Source: Lingula anatina (lineage: Eukaryota; Animalia; Brachiopoda). From it: 64,000 nt of DNA. Position numbers and translations under genes: made by a program. A model generated the notes under the pieces. The model had not been told where the DNA came from. It made no database searches and was given only the letters and a program-made list of their open reading frames with translations. Every line of letters starts with the position of its first letter. Position 1 is the stretch's first letter. Below, one piece after another: positions 12,896 through 26,600 of the stretch. The stretch spans positions 20,956,001 through 21,020,000 of the forward strand of contig CM120645.1 of the NCBI GenBank assembly GCA_051362555.1. The letters run 5' to 3'.

Positions 12896-14330
12896 AACAG
12901 AAATAAAAACGAGATTAGATTTCTTTCATTTCTCAAACTTCTTTTCCAAAAAGAAAAAAAGATTACATACCTTAAGGAGTGTAGTCGAAGTCCCACAGGT
13001 GGCGCCCATCATCTTCTATGTCCTGTAAATAGAAATAAAAGCGAGGTTAGATTTCTTTCATTTCTCAAATTCTCCTTCCAAAAAGAAAAAAGATTACATA
13101 CCTTAAAGAGTGTAGTCGAAGTCCCACAGGTGGCGCCCATCATCTTCTATGTCCTGTAAACAGAAATAAAAACGAGATTAAATTTCTTTATTTTTCAAAC
13201 TCCCCTTCCAAAAAGAAAAAAAGATTACATACCTTAAGGAGTGAAGTCGAAGTCCCATAGGTGGCACCCATCATCTTCTATGTTCTGTAAACAGAAATAA
13301 AAACGAGATTAGATTTCTTTTATTTCTCAAACTCCCCTTCCAAAAAGAAAAAAAAGATTACATACCTTATGGAGTGAAGTCGAAGTCCCACAGGTGGCGC
13401 CCATCATCTTCTATGTCCTGTAAACAGAAATAAAAACGAGATTAAATTTCTTTATTTTTCAAACTCCCCTTCCAAAAAGAAAAAAAGATTACATACCTTA
13501 AGGAGTGAAGTCGAAGTCCCACAGATGGCGCCCATCATCTTCTATGTCCTGAAAGCAGAAATAAAAACGAGATTAGATTTCTTTCATTTCTCAAACTCCC
13601 CTTCCAAAAAGAAAAAAAAGATTACATACCTTATGGAGTGAAGTCGAAGTCCCATAGGTAGCGCCCATCATCATCTTCTATGTCCTGTAAACAGAAATAA
13701 AAGCGAGGTTAGATTTCTTTCATTTCTCAAACTCCCCTTCCAAAAAGAAAAAAAGATTACATACCTTAAGGAGTGTAGTCGAAGTCCCACAGGTGGCGCC
13801 CATCATCTTCTATGTCCTGTAAATAGAAATAAAAGCGAGGTTAGATTTCTTTCATTTCTCAAATTCTCCTTCCAAAAAGAAAAAAGATTACATACCTTAA
13901 AGAGTGAAGTCGAAGTCCCACAGGTGGCGCCCATCATCTTCTATGTCCTGTAAGCAGAAATAAAAACGAGATTAGATTTCTTTCATTTCTCAAACTCCCC
14001 TTCCAAAAAGAAAAAAGATTACATACCTTAAGGAGTGTAGTCGAAGTCCCACAGGCGGCGCCCATCATCTTCTTTGTCCTGTAAACAGAAATAAAAACGA
14101 GATTAGATTTCTTTCATTTCTCAAACTCCCCTTCCAAAAAGAAAAAAGATTACATACCTTAAGGAGTGAAGTCGAAGTCCCACAGGTGGCGCCCATCATC
14201 TTCTATGTCCTGTAAGCAGAAATAAAAACGAGATGAGATTTCTTTATTTCTCAAACTCCCCTTCCAAAAAGAAAAAAAGATTACATACCTTAAGGAGTGA
14301 AGTCGAAGTCCCACAGGTGGCGCCCATCAG
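12896..14330 (-). repeat. About 131-bp tandem array (11 units), each a 52-nt exon-like block plus a 79-81-nt intron-like block
   Basis: Donor-proximal exon ends at 12971, 13102, 13233, 13366, 13497, 13630, 13765, 13896, 14027, 14158, 14289; each unit has G|GTATGT, a YTAAY branch-like motif, a pyrimidine tract and CAG. Confidence 0.92.
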
Positions 14331-14682
14331 TTTGCAGTCTGCTTCCTGGACCTGTAATAAAAAAGAAACCTGGAAAGCATGGGAAAATGCAATGACACTA
14401 CGACTCCAGCCCACGACAGCAAAAAGGTGAAGTATCCTGCGAAGATGACCGAGCGACGATTCCTCGTGGGGAGAAACGAAGATTTTAGCTGGCCAGCTAA
14501 GAGAAACGCCGTAACCACCGTCTAGACGTCTGCGTGTGCAAGGAACAATATGTCGAAGAGCGATGCGTTGACGTAGGATGAGAAGATTCGGAGAAATGGG
14601 AGTCGACTCCCGTGTCCTTTGTGCTTGATACAGGGCGCAGCACATGGCATCCTTCCTGTTGCTCTAGATCTGTCCGCTGTTG

Positions 14683-14765
14683 AGTGAACGCACTTTTAAA
14701 ATTTTGCGCTTTTATACCTTTGTTGACGTATAGTCACATGATGGCGTTCTTGTTGTCACCAATGG
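14683..14765 (-). promoter_or_regulatory. Pol II core promoter candidate (TATA + Inr, upstream CRE-like and CCAAT motifs)
   Basis: TATAAAAG starts 31 nt upstream of the A in TTCACT; tgacgta at about 14725; ccaat at about 14760. Confidence 0.6.
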
Positions 14766-15273
14766 TCAACTTGTTCAAAGGGGATGGCCTTTGATAGTGA
14801 TGCGCAAATTTGGTAATAATATCTTATTAACATATACATTTTCTTTTATATTTTATATTTTGATTATTCTGCCTATCAATTTGTTTATAATAAGAATAAT
14901 AAGTTCAAAGCAATGTCTGTGAAATGTGCAGGCAAATTTGATGACAATTTCTGAGCAACATACCTTCTCCCTAAAATTTTTATAAGTACGATGTCCGTTA
15001 AGCTGGTAGCTGTGAACTTCTCGCAGGCTACTTTAGTGTGCGTGTATTTGAACACTGATCCAAAATGTGGATAATGTAATTTGGCGTAGGGTGACTGCAT
15101 TTTTGAGGCAGCCTGAGGGAGTATGGTTGTTCTAATTGTAGTGAATTGTAGAGACAATTGAAAGTACACTGGACTTAGCATGAGCAGTCACCCAAGTACT
15201 CTGAGACACATTTTGTAATCAGCTGACTTGTTATTTTGAAAAATGAAAAAACAAATTATATTGATTTACAAAA

Positions 15274-15490
15274 CTGGAAGATAGAAGCAGTGGATCATAT
15301 TACTTATGCCAGGCAGAAGAAACGACTGAATGTATATTTTAATATTCAAAACGTCTACTGATTTAGGTAATAATTAACAACCTGGAAGATAGCAGCAGTG
15401 AATCATATTACTAATGCAAGGCAGAAGAAACGAGTGAATGTATATTTTTATTTTCAAAACGTCTACTGATTTAGGTAATAATTAACAACT
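15274..15490. repeat. About 108-bp direct tandem duplication
   Basis: ctggaagatag..gcagtg..gatttaggtaataattaacaac occurs twice. Confidence 0.9.
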
Positions 15491-18400
15491 GACGTCTCCC
15501 TTCATGGCGTCGGGTTATCAGTACTCTCACACCAGTAACATAAGTTATGAGTTGAGCAGAAACAGAAAAAGATTTTTTATAAAGATAATACAAGTATATG
15601 TGTAGGCCCATTTATCTTTTTTTATATTACTAAACGTAAGAATTGTTTGTCCAAGTGAAACTTTACTTACATCAGCCTAGCAACTAAATCTGACGTTTTA
15701 ACGTCTCCGAAAATAACTAGAATTTTTTGAATAACGCAATAAAGCGGCCACCTTCGAGGTGTCGCCCGGTTTTTAAAAATTGAAAAAAAGAAACTTTTCG
15801 GGGCGTCTTTTGCCGCGGGTCATTATTTTCAGTTGTTTTATGTTTTTTGTAATATTTTAGCCATTAATAGAATCTTTAATTCAGTTACATCCACGATTAG
15901 CTAGACGAAATGGTGACAGGGAAAAGTCAGATTTTTTAAACGGCAAAAACTGCATTCTCTTAGAAAGTAATTTACAAACCTTCATTACCAGGCACTGTGA
16001 AAAATTCAACCGAAGTTGAAGACAAAATGTGTTAAATGCCGTAATTTAAAGCAGTCTAATTTTTGTTAGTATTAAAAACGTGTAAATGTTATCCATATGG
16101 GATATTTTTAAAGCCTTCGATATTAAATATTTAAACTTCCCATACTTTGAGGCATGCATGAGTCGGAAAATGTTTGCATTATTACACAAAAAACTAGATT
16201 TATCTCTTTATGTGACCACAGTTAACTAATGTGCCTTACATCATTCCCTTAAACCCTTTCCCAATATCGATATTTCAGATATTTTTGACACATTTTGTCC
16301 TCATCTGAATCACGTGAACGTTATCAAGTGTCATGAGGCGTACATTACGAAAATATTTAGGTCTTATAACGTGATTTGATGACTTTTTTAAATGCATATA
16401 CAATTATAAATTTATAATTAAGTTATTTAATATCAATTAAATTATAAGTTCTGACCGAGTTTTAAAATTTATTTTAGGAGGGGTAAAAAAAACCCACCCC
16501 TCTAATACATATTGGATACGCCCCTAGGAGTATGTCCATATAACTGGGAGTACAAAATGTGTCTTCTAGCTTAAGTTATCATTATGGTGTGTGTAATAGA
16601 GTCTTTTCCACGGTCACGTGCTTTCCGCTAAATTATCCGTGGGAACGCGAGATTTTGCGGGATTTGAAGAAAAAAACTATATATGAGTGACAAATGTTCA
16701 GGTGTGTCGAATGCACCCCGCTCTCCGATCAGACATTCCTTTTGTATAATTCACAGTACATCTTCGTTGTTGTTTGTGATTTTACATCATTTCTTAGTAA
16801 AGCGGTGTTGTCTTAGATTTACCTTAAATGTCCAAATTACTAAGAAGAAACCACTCGCAAGAATTATAAAGCTTTTTAGACTGCTGGTTCAATGGACATA
16901 TGATACACACGATATTTTGCAACCCTACAAAACCTGTTTCTTAAAATTTTGGTTCCACCACATAGCTTAGCACTTATGAAAACGCTGATCATTCTTTTCT
17001 GCTTTATTGATATATTTTCAGTACATAAATAACCATTGTCTGTTGCCCTATTTTGCACAAAATTAAAATAATCCCGTAGACCTCATTGTTTTTCATCCAT
17101 GACAAAACTATTAAAATTTCTCCTCATAATTTAGAATTACACTGGCATCTACACAGTACACAAATGTATCATTATAATAACATCTTGTTCTTACTGATAA
17201 CATAATTAGCTTAATTTCATAACAATTCTAAAATGCTAATAACAATGAAAATTCAAAGTAGATGGCAAGATTCTTATTGTGCTAATAAAGATAAATTATG
17301 TAAATTCAATACCAATTTGGTATACTGGCCCATTGAAATAAGGGAACCGTTTCACAAAAAAATTAGGCTTAGACTGCTAAATCTGGATAGCCAACTATAC
17401 AAAGCCAACTTTGCGATATTGTCTTACAACTATTATATTTTAAAAAGAATGATTGGTCCACAATTGATGAGTAGAATATAAGTAAATGGGCTACTGACAC
17501 CACTGCAAGTAAAAGGCTTGCCAAGACAATCAAAATGTAAATCAAAGGAAAGTGAAAAGAAAGTAAAACGACTGGAAAAAATGAGGCAAGTCCAGACAAA
17601 ATTGATAACTTGACTAATGAGTGAACAATACTCTAGTTTTGATTAAATCAGAACTTTTCTTGCACCTATTTTTATTTTTGCCATTTTGTAAATGAAAAAG
17701 TGGAATAGGGGATTGGTGTAGTGAAAGCCCAACCTTAACCTTTGGATGCTATTTTCATTAAACATATGCATAAAAGACAAAATTTAGACCACAAATAGAT
17801 TCATGCAATCTACCAACCTTTTTTTACAGTGAGTCATTGCAACTTATCAGTTATTTCTGGGCTAGGCTATCTGTAAGATTCTTACAACTGTGAAGTGCAA
17901 CTTAGCCAGCTAAGTCTTAATAGGCTCAGATTTTAGACTACAAACCAACTTCAAACATTTAGTAAAGCAAGCGCAAGGAATAGAGTTAGTTTGAAGGCTC
18001 TGCCTCCCCATAGGGTGAGAACAAACACAGTCACACTGTATGATGCATTACAGAAAACATTGGTTAAAAAAATACTCTGGAATTTTACATTTTCACTAGT
18101 ATAGAATCAATTTGATTTCTAAAACTGACTTATTATAAAAATACTCCTGTCAATTTAAAACTTTTTCATAAAGCATATCTGAAATATACTGATAAAATGT
18201 TATTAAAAATATTAAAATTTGATATTCACAGATAAAATAGGCGCAAGTCAAAATGATTAAGACAATTATTGAAGCATTATTCAAACCCCAATTTTGATTA
18301 TTTTCATACAATTAGTGATTCACAAGTTCTTTAACAGAGTTGCACCTAATTTGACTACATGATATCTATCAAAATCTCTCTAAAATCAAGTGACAAAAAA

Positions 18401-18750
18401 TGCCCACAGTTTCAAGCACCATCAAATATGGCTTCAGTAAGTAATATCCTCAATTGTTTCATAATAAACGTCGTGTCACTTGAATGTACCATTCTCCAGA
18501 AAAAAAGATGAACTTGCAAGGTTTGATAAGTCTGCATTTACAGGTAGATGTCATTGTTTAATATATACATGAGGCAGCTTTATATCGTGGTCAACAATAT
18601 TATATTATGTCAGTTTCTCTAGCCTCCATGTCTAATTCGTCATAATATTTTGATTTTCAAATTCAGGGTCCCCTTGTAAAATATCTTGCATATCCTCTTG
18701 ATCACAGAAGAATCTGAGTTGAGAATACAGTTGAGAATACAGAGTTAAAA

Positions 18751-18856
18751 TTAGGCCTCTCCTCTCCACTCGGGGTCCTCTTGCAACTGAACCTGGCTGA
18801 CATCCATGGTCACATCTTGAAAAATAATATATTCCCAAAAAAGTTTAAATTGTGCA

Positions 18857-18897
<41 letters not shown>

Positions 18898-21800
18898 CAA
18901 TAAATCTTGGACACATTACTTGTGGTACGTCTGCATCACATGACAGACAGGAAAAAAATACTGGCTCTTGAAAATGGACTTTAAGTAATGAAAATGCAAG
19001 ATGACAGCTAGTAGATATTGTATGTGCATGTAATTTATTTGAAATTCTGACTTTTCAGTCCTAATGATTTAGATTATTTATAGCCAATAATCTGAGAAAA
19101 TAAAATATACAACAGAGAAATTGATTGCAATAAATCCTGCTCGTACCTGACTGCTTAATATTCACTGCAGCAAACCTCTCTACGACATCGTCGAGCTGAT
19201 CAGTAGGGTCATCGTAATCGCACCCCTTGTACGCCTGATTCTCGAGGCAGTACTTAAGGAAACTACACCAAAGAGAAGTTGAAAATAAAGAGAGAATTGC
19301 CTACTTTCTTTTGACTTTCTGTTTGGACTTTCATTTACAATAAAAGAATTGCCTACACTATTTTGCCTGTCAGTTCAGGCTTTCATTTACATGTTTTTTT
19401 AACTTTCTCTTTTTTCTATTGTGCTTTACCATTTAACAATCTGTCTGAACTAAATTATAGTAGCTTTCTCTTTTATCCTTTCTCTTTTTAATCTTTCTTT
19501 CTTGAACCTGACCTGGTTGATTTTTTGTGTTTGTTTTGAAAAAGTTTTATAATTTCATTGAACTTTTTTTTGCTTACTGATTAAATAAATTTAAAAAAAA
19601 TTCACTTCACCTGTTCCAATGTTCATCTTGCGAAAGAAGAAATGGATTCCCTACAACAATCAATAGGGCCTTTGCTCTTGTGATCGACACATTAAACCTC
19701 TGAAAAAAAATTAATTCCACATGTAACTGTATGTGCGGGTGACCACTGAAGACAGTATAGCCTGAGACTAACTGTTCATATCTCTTCTGTGAATTGCGCA
19801 TCATATGGCATAGTCTATGCAGTGTCATAGTGAAAAGAAATGGTGAAGAAAAAAGTATAGACTATAGCTGTTTAAATAACCTTACATTTCAAAATATGTG
19901 TGTGCACATCCACATGTATAAAGTCTTATGTATTATGTGTTCACGCATATACACATACCACAGCACAATCATGGTCAAACTGATAAAACTTTCAGATGTA
20001 TACTTTACAAGCACAAAAATCATATTTCTATATAGTATTTGTGGTGCAATTACTGCACAGATTAGAACTAGTAGCTTACTTTTCAATTTTGTTGCTACCA
20101 CTCAATAGGAATTGGAGTAGGAATATTAAAATGTTAAGAATTAATGGCTTAAAAAATACAGCATCTGTAAAATTCACGATTTCCCCTCAGTGAAAAAATC
20201 AAGTTATTACCATATACTGGGGTGGCACTAGCATTTTTCTCCTTCAGCCAAATTACTACTTTTTCATCACTTCTTTCTCCAAATGGTTTAAATTTGACTA
20301 AAATAAGTCAAATCAACCCTATTTTGTTTAGCCAATTGAAGTCAGTTTTAGCATTTGGCTTAATTGGCCAGTGTTAACTCTACCCCAGTGTGTGTGTCCA
20401 CATGCTTAAGTGTACAAATGACTGACCTTTGGGTTCTTTAAAAAGCCCAGCTTGAACTCTGCGTCCATAGCCAGGTAATTGGGGTTACTCCTCACGGTGG
20501 ACACCATGATGACCCGTCTCTCCTGACCCTGGAATTCCTCCACACTGCCCACCTTGATGTCCCGAAAGTTTTTCTTGAACAGCAGTTGCCTCAGTTTTTG
20601 AACCTGTGGAGAGAATGAAAAGGGATGTCTGTGCATTTTAACAGGCCCATAGCCAGCAATTTCAAAGGGGGGTTCTTTTTCTGAAAAAGTGGACTTTTTT
20701 TAATAAAAACATCATGTACCTAGATCAAATTTTACCCAGAGTGGACTTTTTTCCAGCAATAGGGGTGGTACTTTCGAACCCTCTGAACCCCCCCCGGCTA
20801 CGGGCCTGCTATACTGATCCGTTACATTCAGCATTTTCTTTATCTTTATCTTATTTTACTAGTAGTTAGCCATAAATCTGAACAGGCTGCATAATGTTAG
20901 TACATTACATTATAACCAAGTTCAAGTGGATTAGTAATTGAATTGGCCATGTGAGATGGGAGTGAGCAAATTCACCACAATTTTAATCATAAATTAAAAA
21001 TTTTTTCTTAATACTTTATCACATGTACACCGCTGTAGTTAAAGTAAGACTTTTCATAAACCTAACAGTACCATATCTATAACATACTATTAACTCAGAT
21101 GTATTGTGGCTGTGCTTTAAGGTAAATGGAATGTTGGACCTTTAAAGAATGTTGACCACTGGCTCTTTAGAGCTACACCAGGTTCTTAGAATCTATTGTC
21201 CTAATTCATAAAAAGGCCCAGTTAATAATTGTAAACAAATTTGCAAAGTTTTACTAGGCAGCTTCAATTAATTGGCATTTGGCGTGAAGCCCGATTTGAT
21301 ATTGCAAACTGTTGTTAGTAACTTGAAAAGGGAGAGGGACTGGGGAGGGGTTGCCTGTATTCATCATGGAATAAGCTCTGTCATATCTCCCTTACTTGTT
21401 TTCTGTAGGGAGAAATAATTCCAATTTCATTCTGCAAGACGCGGATGCCTCTGGCCTCCAGTAGCTTCTCCACATATCCCAACACAATAGTTGCTTCTTC
21501 TGGATTGAAGAACGATGGACTCCTTTCCTCCCTCATGTCCTCCCCAACCACTCCATGGAATACAAAGGGACACCCCATTTTTGGTAAACCTTCCCAGTTG
21601 CAGAGGGACTCCCTGGCAAGTCGGTCAGCACAGGCTTCTAGCTCATTGTCGTAGAACTGTTCGTTTGGAAGCTTGAGGATAGCAGGATGTGATCTGTAGT
21701 TTTTGAGGAGTTTTGTGAGGAGGAATGGGTTGTAATGGCCTTCACGTTTGTACAGTACATCTTGATCGTCATCATCTGAGCCAGGACTCGAACCACCCCT

Positions 21801-23240
21801 CTTCTTGTACACATCACAGTAGGTCATGTATCTTTCTAAGAGTGAAAGTCCTGTAAGACATTAAAACAATGAGACATTTCATAGGCAAAATTTAGAACAG
21901 GGGCACATGACTTAGAAATCCAAAGAGGCAGATACCGAAAACCAAAATCAATACCCCCTGAACAAAGGATCTGCAAGTTATGCACAGATGAAGTCGAAAA
22001 CGAAATACACTTTCTTTTAAAATGCCCCTTACTCACCAAACACAGGGAGATCCTAAAACCAGATCCTGCACAAACCCCAGAGGGCCAGTTCAAATGCATA
22101 ATGCAGTCAAACAATTTAGATATTATAAAGAATGTGGCCCACTATATCACAATGTGTAATAAGGAAAGAAAAAATATTCTCAACCAACCACCACCTAGTC
22201 AACCAAAGTAACTGAGCGTATACTGCAATTGTAAAATCTGATCGCAGTTATTGTATAAACAATATTGTAATTTACTATTGTAATTTTAGTTATATGATTA
22301 TATAATGTATACTGTTAGGTCATAGTCATTGTAAAAAATGTACTTGAATCGCAAAAAAAAAAAAAATAATAATAATATACATGTAAAAATATATAAATGA
22401 AGTTATTCTTTATCAAAGAAACTACATAACTATGAGGTTCAAAATGTTTTATTTTTACCATTATATGTACAAAAGAGATGAAAGAGACATTTGCCAATGC
22501 TTAAGTACAAGATCTCTACTACCACATCTAAAAGTATTTCAGTGTTTGCAATTTTACTAGAGCTTATAGAACTACCAAAAAAAAAAATTGATCCTAGTCA
22601 AAACCTAGTCCTAGTCAAAAGAAAGACTTTCTTTTACTAAATTTAAAGTTATTGAAGGAATAATTCTGGGCACATCCATAGCAGTAAAAATGTTTCATTA
22701 ATTGCATTACTTTTTACTTTACTAAAATCTTACAAGCAGAAATCACTGGTAAATAAAAAACTTTTAGAATAAGTCCTACATGTATATGATTTTACCAGAC
22801 TCTCAAACACCTTTGTAAATATTATAGTTAATCATAGTGCTTTTCTCCACAATTTTCAACTTCATTTTTCTTTTAGTCATAGTCTTATGTCATTTTTATT
22901 TAAGTCTAAGGTAGTAATGTAACTTCCCCTTTTAATGCATTTCTTAACACACACACTTACACACGCTGGCAGATTAAACCTTTACTATTACTCATATTAT
23001 CATATTTATTATAATGGCTGTTGGGGGCATATTATTATAATTAAAATTTTACTATTATCATTATCAAGTCAAAGATAAATCACCCCAGTCCATATTTAAT
23101 GGCAAGAGGATACTTATCATTGTCATTAATATAGATGTAATAATAATAATAATAAAGATAATAATAATTATTATTATAAGTTACCTACCCAGTCCATATT
23201 TAATGGCCAGAGGATACTTATCTTTGTAATTAATATAAAT

Positions 23241-23293
<53 letters not shown>

Positions 23294-23478
23294 TATTATT
23301 ATTATTATTATAAGTTACCTACCCAGTCCATATTTAATGGCCAGAGGATACTTATCATTGTCATTAATATAGATGTAATAATAATAATAATAAAGATAAT
23401 AATAATTATTATTATAAGTTACCTACCCAGTCCATATTTAATGGCCAGAGGATACTTATCTTTGTAATTAATATAAAT

Positions 23479-23519
<41 letters not shown>

Positions 23520-23600
23520 TATTATTATTATTATTATAAGTTACCTACCCAGTCCATATTTAATGGCCAGAGGATACTTATCTTTGTAATTAATATAAAT

Positions 23601-23644
<44 letters not shown>

Positions 23645-26600
23645 TATTATAAGTTACCTACCCAGTCCATATTTAATGGCCAAGGGGGACCTCAAAATTG
23701 GTCCAAGTTGTTTGGGATCACCTGCCAGTACCACCTGACCGCCATCTTTGCTCTTAACGTCACACTCCAAAATTCCAGCTAACGCAATCAAACCTTCTGG
23801 CTCCACGGCATGACCGGCCTCGTCAATGAAAATGTGCGTGAAGTGCCCTGGTGGAAAATTGGCTGAGGCAATCCTGGATGCACAGTGAGAATTTCAATTT
23901 AAAAAAAACCAGAAAAACTGAAATTATGAATTTCAATTATTGAAAACAGAATTATACTTTTGTGGCAAATTCTATAGACATGCAATTGGAATTTCAGTTA
24001 ATAAAAATATTCGAAGTATTGACTTAAAATAAATGAAAAAAAAACATTTTGTGCCAACCCTTGACATACAATGAGAATTCAAATTATTGAAAATTAACCT
24101 ACAGACATGCAATCAAGACAAGTTAACCTTTATAATATTAAAATAAATTAATATTTAACTTTCTGTGAAGAATAAAGAACACAAATCTTTACAAAGGTAA
24201 ATTGAAGAAGTTTTATAAAGAAGAAAAGGGGCTTAACAGTGTAGAAATATACATGTAGTATTAGTACTGTTTCAGTAACTTCTACTACTTCTACTACTAC
24301 TATATATGTAACTACTATTAATACCACTACTACCAATATAATACAATATTCTCTCTCACCTTCCGGCCGTTACCAATGTGCAAACTACCACTTTATACTT
24401 CATCAACTCACTTTTCTTGGGATAGAAATATTGCTTTCTTCCTGGATCATAATTTGAGCACTCCTGTAATTAATTGTTTTACGAATCACCTTGATAAATA
24501 ATACAAACAGTGCTAGCTTCGGAGAAAAATTTTTTAATTAAGGAAGACTTGCGTTTCGGTTCTAACCCATGAGGGTTTTAATTAAATCCTCTCATTTCCT
24601 ATGGTTGAAGACATTATTCTAGATCTTGTATCATTTCCATTGGCTCAGAAATAAAATTTTCATAGGTGATGCCCATTAAGTTACAGTTATTTTAGTTTAC
24701 CTATCATGTTAATAAAAAAATCTTCCCTTTTGTTAAGTGAATTATTATTATTATTACAGCACTAAGTTGTTGGCCAAAAAGCCAAAGCTTCCAATAAATA
24801 TGTGTAACATATACGTAGACAACAAAACCATTGCCACCATTTAAAGATCATAGCACAAAATGTTGGACTTTTGATAAAGACTACCATTAATGCAGAGCAC
24901 ACAAAGCTAACACTTCTCTTTAAAAAATTTAATACCCTTGAATTAAATTACAGTGATTTTACCCTCAAGTCATCAGGTAAGTCTCTCCAATCTCTGGAAA
25001 AAGCATGCATTCTTAAAACTTGCTTCTTTGGAAGATGTTTTAGCAGTCGGTGAGCAATAAGATCAGTGGCGCTGTTAGATGGCGCACAGGCAAGAATGTG
25101 GGATGATGGGATACATTTCACAACCTGAAAAACACGCAGATCTTAAATATATATATATATATATATAATAGTAACTAGCAATCATAAACCAATGAATGGA
25201 ATTTTTCCGACTATATATATGTAGATTTCTGACTATCTGGAGTCAAAAATATTTTGAGATTGATCCCCCTGGATCTCACGCCATATTTTCAAACTTTTGA
25301 ACTAAATGGCAGTCTCATCCCTATAAACCTTTAAGCCTACTGGGCCTCTTTAGGTTCTCAAAATCTACCGGCTCAAAACATAAATAGTAGTCCATAGCAG
25401 TCTCTACAAAAAATATATTATTCACCATAAAAAATGTATGAACATAAAACAGCACTGCCCTCAAATTATGCTAAAAATACACATTCTAATTTTATATCAT
25501 ATTAATTCATAAATGACTCGTTGACTGAGTTGTTTACCTGTTCAGTGTTAGAAATTAAGGCTGGACCGTCTGCCCCGGGCTGACAACTTTCAGAATGGGC
25601 TGAGAAGTTTTCCCACCCGGCAGACATTCGAGCCAGCTACTTCTCAAGATGACTGAACTTTCTGTCCAGCAACTAATTTTCCTAAGAGGCAAACACTGTA
25701 CCTGTTTCAAAGCTTCCACCAAGGTCACTGTTTTTCCTGTTCCTGGAGGTCCAAATATCAGATAGGGGACAGGTCTGGATGTCCCCGCCACGATGTGGAC
25801 CACTGCCTGGCGTTGCTCAGCATTGCTTTCCAGTTGTCTGTCATAAAATCTATCGCAAAAAATAAGCAAAATTTTACTAGCATTATTCTCTTTCTGAGTT
25901 TTGGAGAAGCAAATATATTTGCTTTTTCAATTGTTTGTTACAAAACCTGAAGCAAAAGTTTCAATTTATGCAGAAAAAAGATGAAGGTGAATACACACAG
26001 TGTAACTGTTAGACCTGTGTCTTTCTATCTCATATCTCAGACGTGCTCAAGTTTATATTCATTTTTCTTTCCCCCTTTCTCTCTCTAACTGAACTCCTTT
26101 AGCACAACTTATACACCAACATCTCCCTTCTATCAGATTTCTCACCTGAGATCAGAATCCACTGGTATGATTGTTCCCCATTTGCAAGCCCTTTCTGCCA
26201 CAGGGAACAGGAGATCTTCCAAGCTGTGTTCATCTGCCAGTGCCACAGCCCTGTGCTGGACACGAAGAGGCAGACGACCAAAGGTAAATCTTACACTGAA
26301 CTTCTTTCCTGGAATGAAATTCTCCAATAATCTGGAAAAGGAAATTGAATAGTATGATGGATCTGTACTCTTAAGATTTCATATTTTTACATGTCACATC
26401 ACATAAGAAGGCCAAATTTAATTTGATTTTACGTGGCCTGATATATAAATGATTGGATTCCAATTTGTTAATATAAATGATTCAAAAATACCTAGGGTAG
26501 AAATAAGATCCTCTAAGTAAACCTCCACATGCTAAAACAAGTTAAGGAAAAAGAAATTAAACAGCATACAAAAAGACAAATAAACATGTAGAGTTATTTC

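Larger units (their letters stand above)
7370..14685 (-). ncRNA. Candidate spliced long non-coding RNA with a tandemly amplified exon-intron cassette
   Basis: TATAAAA at 14716-14710 and TCA Inr with A at 14685. Exon-like GC-richer blocks with canonical minus-strand splice sites: 14351-14289, ten 52/55-nt exons between 14209 and 12971, 12889-12071, 11673-11493, 11264-11119, 9715-9616, 9147-8945, 8353-8249. AATAAA at 7394-7389. No consistent reading frame. No expression evidence. Confidence 0.55.

Noticed and set aside
12135-12996. 199-236-aa repetitive ORFs
   Set aside because: The 52-bp unit lacks minus-strand stops, so all frames are open; the upstream cassette exons contain stops.
12896-14330. 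CRISPR-like array
   Set aside because: The intervening sequences are near-identical rather than unique spacers, the context is eukaryotic, and no cas genes are present.
14244-14645. 133-aa ORF after the TATA promoter
   Set aside because: No recognisable motifs or compositional signal, and it runs into a splice-cassette intron; cannot be supported as coding, though not excluded.
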